This document shows positions 58,055 through 64,000 of a DNA stretch of 64,000 bases, one piece after another. The stretch is from the human T2T-CHM13v2.0 reference genome, Homo sapiens, in assembly GCF_009914755.1 (NCBI RefSeq), contig NC_060929.1; one strand, given 5' to 3'. Positions within the stretch are counted from its first letter, which is position 1; every line of letters starts with the position of its first letter. The position numbers and the translations under genes were made by a program. Under the pieces are notes generated by a model that had not been told where the DNA came from, did not search any database, and saw only the letters and a program-made list of their open reading frames with translations.

Positions 58055-59342
58055 CTTTAGACAGTGGGTTATTTTGTTCTTTCTGCCTTTTTTTAAAAAG
58101 ATGCATGCTAAGGCCCCTTCTTGTCAACCTCTGTGGTTTTCTAATAAATGCATTTAAGGCCATAGATTTTTCTCTAAGTGGGTAGACTATCCAGAGATGT
58201 TAATGGTGCTTAACAAGATAAGACAAGATGCCTCCAGTCCTTGAGCATGCCTAGATAGCCATGCTATGAGCCTGGTCACTGGTGCAACAACAGATCAGAC
58301 TTGTTTATATCATGCAAATCGTGTTCCAAAAACTCCAAAGAGATTTTCAAATAGAAAAATAACTCATCCCAGTACCATCTCTCATTGGCTTAGCTTTAAA
58401 CAACTTTTGCTCACATTTGCATGCTTTCTTTTTCTCACTGTCCATCTGCATGTGTGTGGGTGCATGTGCCAGTCAACCATTCACAAATTCCCGAGCACCT
58501 GCTACATGCTTGAATCACAGTAGTGAACCAGATGCAGTCTCTGCCCTCAGAGCATTCCCAGTCTAGTGGAGGACAAATATGTTAGTAAATAATTTCAGTA
58601 AATGAGGTAAGTGCTATAAGTCTAAATATTTTAAAGGCTGAGAGGAGGGTGCTCTTACATCTGCATGGAGGTGGAGAGGAAAGACCTCACAAGGGAAGTG
58701 GCACAGGCTGAAGGTTTGCATCAGCACCACAGCCTGAGGATGGAAAGTGAACAAGGCATCCAGCACCCCTTCCCTTCTCCCCACCTGGGTCCTGAATCAG
58801 GTGCTTATGACATGGCCACCGTCTCCTGTAAGCGCCATGCTGGTGAGTGTACCATAGTGCTGAGCAGGCTCTGAGGATGAAACTCAGTGTTAGAAAGAGA
58901 CTGCAAATCCCTATGCCCTGCACATTGATCTGTGACCTTAGACAGGTTGCTTTGCGTCTCATAAACTCAGTTTTCTCATCCATAGAATAGGTGGTTGGGA
59001 GGGTTTAATGTGACAAAGCAAGCAGGATCGTTATTGTTATTATCGTGTCTATGTTGAAACATGAGCATATATTTTCCAATCCCTTAACTGGCATTGAGGC
59101 ACATGTTATTAGTTTTGTTGCTTTTTTCCTTAGAAAAACAGAAGCTTTAGTTGGTTTGATGTAATGGAATGGTTTATGTATTTTATTTTAAAGAAAAAAA
59201 AAATACCTGCCACGAAAAGGGCTTCTGCCCCCCAGTGCTGCCCTCCTCAGCATCTGCTGCAGCCTGACACATCGTGGCTTTGTTTGCAGCCTCCCCCTCG
59301 CAGCCTAATGACATTCCTGAAGATGGCGAAGGAGAGTTTCAG

Positions 59343-59356
59343 GTTGCCATGGAAAC
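59343..59356. promoter_or_regulatory. RFX X-box motif
   Basis: GTTGCCATGGAAAC, a near-perfect consensus match in non-repeat sequence; function not shown. Confidence 0.5.
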
Positions 59357-60249
59357 TGGGTGCCAGCAAGAATCCAAGAGAATTCTAACCCTTGAAGGCT
59401 GTGTATTTATTCCCCGTTGCTCAGGGAGCAGAGCTGGCTGCAAAGATTAGGGTGTGGGGATGGTGGAGACCCTGCTTTAGGTGTTACCATGGGCCCTGTC
59501 TGGAGGCAGAGGAGGTGATAGGAAGCCATGAGGTGCATAGTCTACAGGGCTATTGTCTGGGAGCATCTAGGGCCCTCTTTGGGGCAATCTCTCTTCCCCT
59601 TTTTTTGAATCACGTCCAAATCCAAATATGGGCAAGAGATGGGAGAGGAGCAGGAAGGAGTGAAGGAAAGAGAGAACTCTCTCTATAGCTACTGGCAGCC
59701 TGCATCCACACCCGATGTCCTGAGCTGTCCCAGCTGTCCTGGGTGCCCAATTCTTTGCAGGGAGTTTGCCAGCATCTTGCCTGAGTCACCAACATCCATG
59801 CAGTTCCCCATTATCCTGTCACTACTCGAGCTTCTTTGCAGATGACCATGCCCTTCCAAGTGTGTTAATTCTCCAGCTTCTCACAACAACCCTGCCAAGG
59901 GAGGCGTGATGAGTCTTGTGCCCACTGCACAGATGCAGATGTGAAGGCTCAGAGGGGCTATGTTTGGAAGAGCAGAGGTGAACTTTAGTTCCTAGTTCTG
60001 TCATTCAAAAATCTGTCAGTAGCCAGGGTAGAAAGAGAGTCACAGGGGAGACTGAGGAAAGACCTGTAGGGCAGTGAATGGCTACCACAGCAGTGTCCAC
60101 AAGTGAGAGAGGCTTAGAAGGAGGCAGATCATCTCAAGCGGCCCCAGTGGGAATTAAGTCAAGTTCAGAACCTTCTTCCTTCTGAAATGGCCTCCAGGAA
60201 GCCAGCCAGGTGCCAGGAAGCCTCCATACCTTACTGTGAAGGGCCTCAC

Positions 60250-60400
60250 AAAACCACCTTGCAGTGAAGGCATTGCTACACTCACTTTGCAGATATGGAA
60301 ACTGAGGCTCAGAAAGAAGTAACTTGGCTCGTCACATGTGAGTAAAGAGCAAGCTCAGGGGTTGATCTCATGATTCTGTCTGACTCCAAAGCCTCCCACT
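60250..60400 (-). mobile_element. MIR SINE
   Basis: ctttgcagatatggaaactgaggctcagaaag...tctgactccaaagcc. Confidence 0.8.
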
Positions 60401-60511
60401 GTGCTCTGGGGCCAGGCCACCACCTGAGGGGTAATTAAGGGAGGGCATATTTTCCTGAAGATGTCACACCTGTGGTGGGAGGGAGTGCCGCCATCATATG
60501 TGTCATCCCTA

Positions 60512-60658
60512 TGCAGACACACACACTCACATGTACACACATGCACTTACACTGTCACATGCATACTCACACATTTACACACCCACACACATAACGCATA
60601 CATGCACAGATACATACGTGCACACGTGTGCACAGACACACACACACACACACACACA
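60512..60658. repeat. Degenerate (CA/TA)n purine-pyrimidine tract
   Basis: Directly visible. Confidence 0.85.
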
Positions 60659-62024
60659 GCCCTTCTTTGTGTTGAGGGTTTGCCAGTCCTCTTGAGGGTA
60701 GTGCTGAGACACTGGCCACCCCTGAGGCTGATGTGCTCACACACCTCCCTTCTACACCTCTGGTCCTACCCGTCACCTCAGCAAACCCTCTTTTCCAAAG
60801 ATGCCGGCCAAGCGTCCATCAGCAAGTTCCCCCAGGAGGGCACACAGTTACCTGCAGCCTGGCCTAGGACTCCCTCACATTGCTCAGCCAAACCCTTAGA
60901 AAGAGACAGCTATTTGCCGCACTTGAGTTCCTGCCAATCCCCGGGCCTACCCCTGCTCACAGGATGTCACTCTGGGATCTGCCTTCCGTAACCACTGCAC
61001 TGTGCCAGGCTCGCCTCCCTTGGGCTGGCCCCACTGCCCTCAGTCCATGGTCTCTTTGGCTTCCTCCCTGGCTCAGAGTCCACCCAAAGGACTCTTCAGT
61101 CCTTTAAAGCTTTAGCACTCAGTTCCATGGCCAGCAGCAGTGATTTTTCCAATTCTGGGTGATAACCCATAGTTATAGTGAAATCCACTTAGTGAAGATC
61201 AGCATTTAAAAATATGGAGTGTGGATTAGAATAGAAAATGCCAAACTGGTTGTTTTCTAATGATAGGAGCCTGTGCCATTTATTGAGACTGCTGTTTCTC
61301 TTCTATTAAGACACGAATGGGTGTGCGCTGGATTGTGATGTACAATGTGTTTCTTTCTATGAGGTGTGAGCTCAAAGGTTCAACAGTTGGTGGATTAAGT
61401 GAAAATTCATCTGAGCTTTCAGGACGCTCGAGGTCCAGCTTCTCCAACTTTCTCCAGCTGCATTTCTTGGTATTACCTCTCCCTGAACATGGCCACATAA
61501 TCTGCCCTACTGTTCTCAGAACACACAGGGTCCTCCACTCCTTCCTGCCCCTGTCTGAGACACGTCCTTTGCTGGAATGCGATCTTATCCGTGCGATGTT
61601 ATCCACACGCCTTCCCACGCTTGCTCTGCCCCACTGAAACTCCAGTTTCTCTTCTCAAACTCTGATTGGGGATCATTTCCTTGCTGAGGTTTTCTGCTCT
61701 TCTTTTCTTCCCTTCAAAGACAGTGGTCCCCAAGCTCACAACCTGGTCATTTTATGTCACAGTAAGTAGCCATTGCCTGCTTCCCTGACCATTTCTCGAA
61801 CCAGAAGGAATATCCCATCCAGAAATATGGAAGGAGGCCTTTCTAGGCATTAGGCCATTTGCTGTGCACTGGCCTAGCAGCAGTTAACAAATAGGAGTGC
61901 CCCCCAACTTTGTAAAACTTACTACTTAGTGGCAGAGGCAGAAAATAAGTAGGTAACCGAATCAAAAACATTATTATAAATTGTGATAAATGCTATGAAA
62001 GGAAATAAGGGCTGGCCACTTTAA

Positions 62025-62720
62025 ACAGGATTGTCAGAAAAATCCCCAGGTCTCAGTGGCTTACTGAATAGAAGTCCATGTCTGTTATTTGAATCCAGTT
62101 GGTATTGGGGGCGGGTGGCTCTGCTCCATGCAGTCACGCAGAGACCCAGGCTGATGGAGGCCATGGCCTCTTCAACATATGGCTTCCACGTCACCTAAAC
62201 TGGATGTCTTAAACAACAGAAATTTATTGTCTCATGGTTCTGGAGGCTAGAAAGTTCAGGATCAGGGTGTTGGCAAGATTGGTTCCTCGTGAGGGTGCTG
62301 GGGTAGAATCTGTCCCATGCCTCTCCCCCAGTGTCAGGTGGTTTGCCAGTGATCTTAGGCGTGGTTTGGCTTGGAGAAACATCACCCCATCTCTGCCTTC
62401 ATATTCACATGGCATTCTCTGGGTGTATAAAAAGCTTCCCCTTTTTATAAGGATACCAGTCATATTGGTTCAGGGGCCCACTCTCCTCCAGTTTGACCTC
62501 ATTTTAGCTAATTACATCTACAAAGACTCTATTTCCACTTAAGTCACATTCTGAAGTCCTGAGGGTTAAGACTTCAACATATAAATTTTTGTGGCCCAGA
62601 ATGTAATCCTATAACACAGGGTCATGCCTAATTGTGAAGGAGGCTGGGGATATGTCTCAGCTGTGTGCCTGGAGGAGGAGGACACGTTTGATGAGCAGCT
62701 AGCTGTCTCCATCACACCAT
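62025..62720 (-). mobile_element. Older MLT1 LTR containing a nested MLT1B/C LTR (~62205-62618)
   Basis: cttaaacaacagaaatttattgtctcatggttctggaggctag...aggttaagacttcaacatataaatt, flanked by MLT1J-like pieces. Confidence 0.75.
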
Positions 62721-63839
62721 GGAAGGTTGAAAGCAGAGTGACCAGGTGTGACCTGCACGAGACTGCGTTTCTCAGGTGCAGGGACTCATCTGGAACTGTC
62801 CCTGAGTCTCCCTGCAGCAGCTCCAGGCCTGGGTCTGGAAACTCACTCATTTAGTGAATATCTGTCGAACGGAACTGGATTTGGGTTTCCTTGTGGGTAA
62901 GAAGAGGGCAGGTGGTGCGAAGTTAGAGGATGTGGAATGTATAAGCAGAGTGGCTGAAACGATTTAGAAACAAAGCCGGGTGTGTGTGTTCATGTGTGAT
63001 AACTGCCTTGTGATTCTGGCTGGAAACCTACGGCAATTCTGCCAACTCTGACCAAAGCCAAAAATAAACAGCTACAGGATGAAAAGAAAATGTGTGTTTT
63101 CCTCAGTAAGACAATTCCCAATTGAGCAGAGAAAGTTTCGGTTTAAGGAAGACGAGAACAGAGACGCGTTCAGTTTCCTTTTCCCACATGGAACAGCCCA
63201 GCCCCTCATCCACTCCCCATCACTCAAACAGAGTCACAAGGAAGGAAAGACTTCATGGCTGAGGGACAGGAAGCCATTGGTAGAGGATGGATCGGTTTGA
63301 TATTCCTCTAAGGTTGTGAAAGATGGAGTGAGTGTTAGTGAAATTGCTGGAGGCTGATATCCTGGTGGGGAAACCTGGATTTATATCAGATGGGCAATTC
63401 TGACGACCCTGGAGGCCTTCCAGTTTCTGGCTGAAAGGCTACAGTGGAAGCCATCACAACACAAAGCAATAGTGACAATGACTGCCACTTTCTGAGTGCT
63501 CCATATGTGCCAGAAACTGGACTAACTACATATCAACTGACTAAGTCTTTAAAACAGTGCACAGAGTTGCTGTTCCTTTCTGCAAGGAATCGGAACATCA
63601 GAGAAGCACAGTGGCTTGTTCAAGGTCCCACGCCAGGGATTCAGCCCCAGATCTGGCTGACGCCAGAGCCAACACCATCCCCACAGTGCAGTGCCTCCCG
63701 TGACCACTCCCGTCTTCTACTGCCTGGGAGTTTGTAAAATGCAGTGGCTGAAGGCAGGCACTATTGCATCAGACCTCCTGGCTTTGTATCCTGGCCCCTT
63801 GACTTTCTAGTGGGGTGGTTGCTTCACCTCTTTATGCCA

Positions 63840-64000
63840 TGTCTTAGTTGGTTCAGGCTGCTATAACTGAATACCACAGACTGGGTGGCTTATACCACAG
63901 ATATTTCTCACAGTTCTGGAGGCTGAGAAGTCCAAGGTCAAGGGGCCAGAAGAGTCAGTGTCTGTTGAGGGCCTGCTTTCTGGCTCATGGATGGCGGTCT
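63840..64000 (-). mobile_element. MLT1A/MST-type LTR, runs off the window end
   Basis: tgtcttagttggttcaggctgctataac...ctcacagttctggaggctgagaagtccaagg. Confidence 0.85.

Noticed and set aside
58720-58740. REST/RE1 site (tcagcaccac)
   Set aside because: Only the left half-site matches; the GGACAG half is absent.

Overview
Primate (human-like) non-coding genomic DNA, intronic or intergenic. Most of it is interspersed repeats: about 14 Alu/FLAM elements (several with target-site duplications), old and young L1 fragments, many L2 and MIR relics, MaLR/ERV solo LTRs (MLT1, MER21, LTR16/33-like) and hAT DNA-transposon relics (MER1B, MER58, MER81, MER91). It also holds long simple repeats: ~0.9 kb (TCTA)n, a 390-nt purine-free (TTCC)n tract and three (CCAT)n arrays. 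I see no credible protein-coding gene, RNA gene or CRISPR array. The long ORFs in the track come from stop-free microsatellites, Alu antisense frames or decayed L1 ORF2. I cannot identify the locus and found no convincing novel biological system. The most notable structures are an 8 x 33-bp minisatellite amplified from a MIR core that multimerises FOX, E-box and splice-donor motifs (34141-34404), a near-perfect AT-rich hairpin with template-switch signatures (56904-56988), two inverted Alu pairs, and several repeat-free islands with clustered TF motifs, including canonical RFX X-boxes at 33053 and 59343. Repeat subfamily names are by-eye assignments from remembered consensus sequences. Boundaries are approximate unless TSDs are given.
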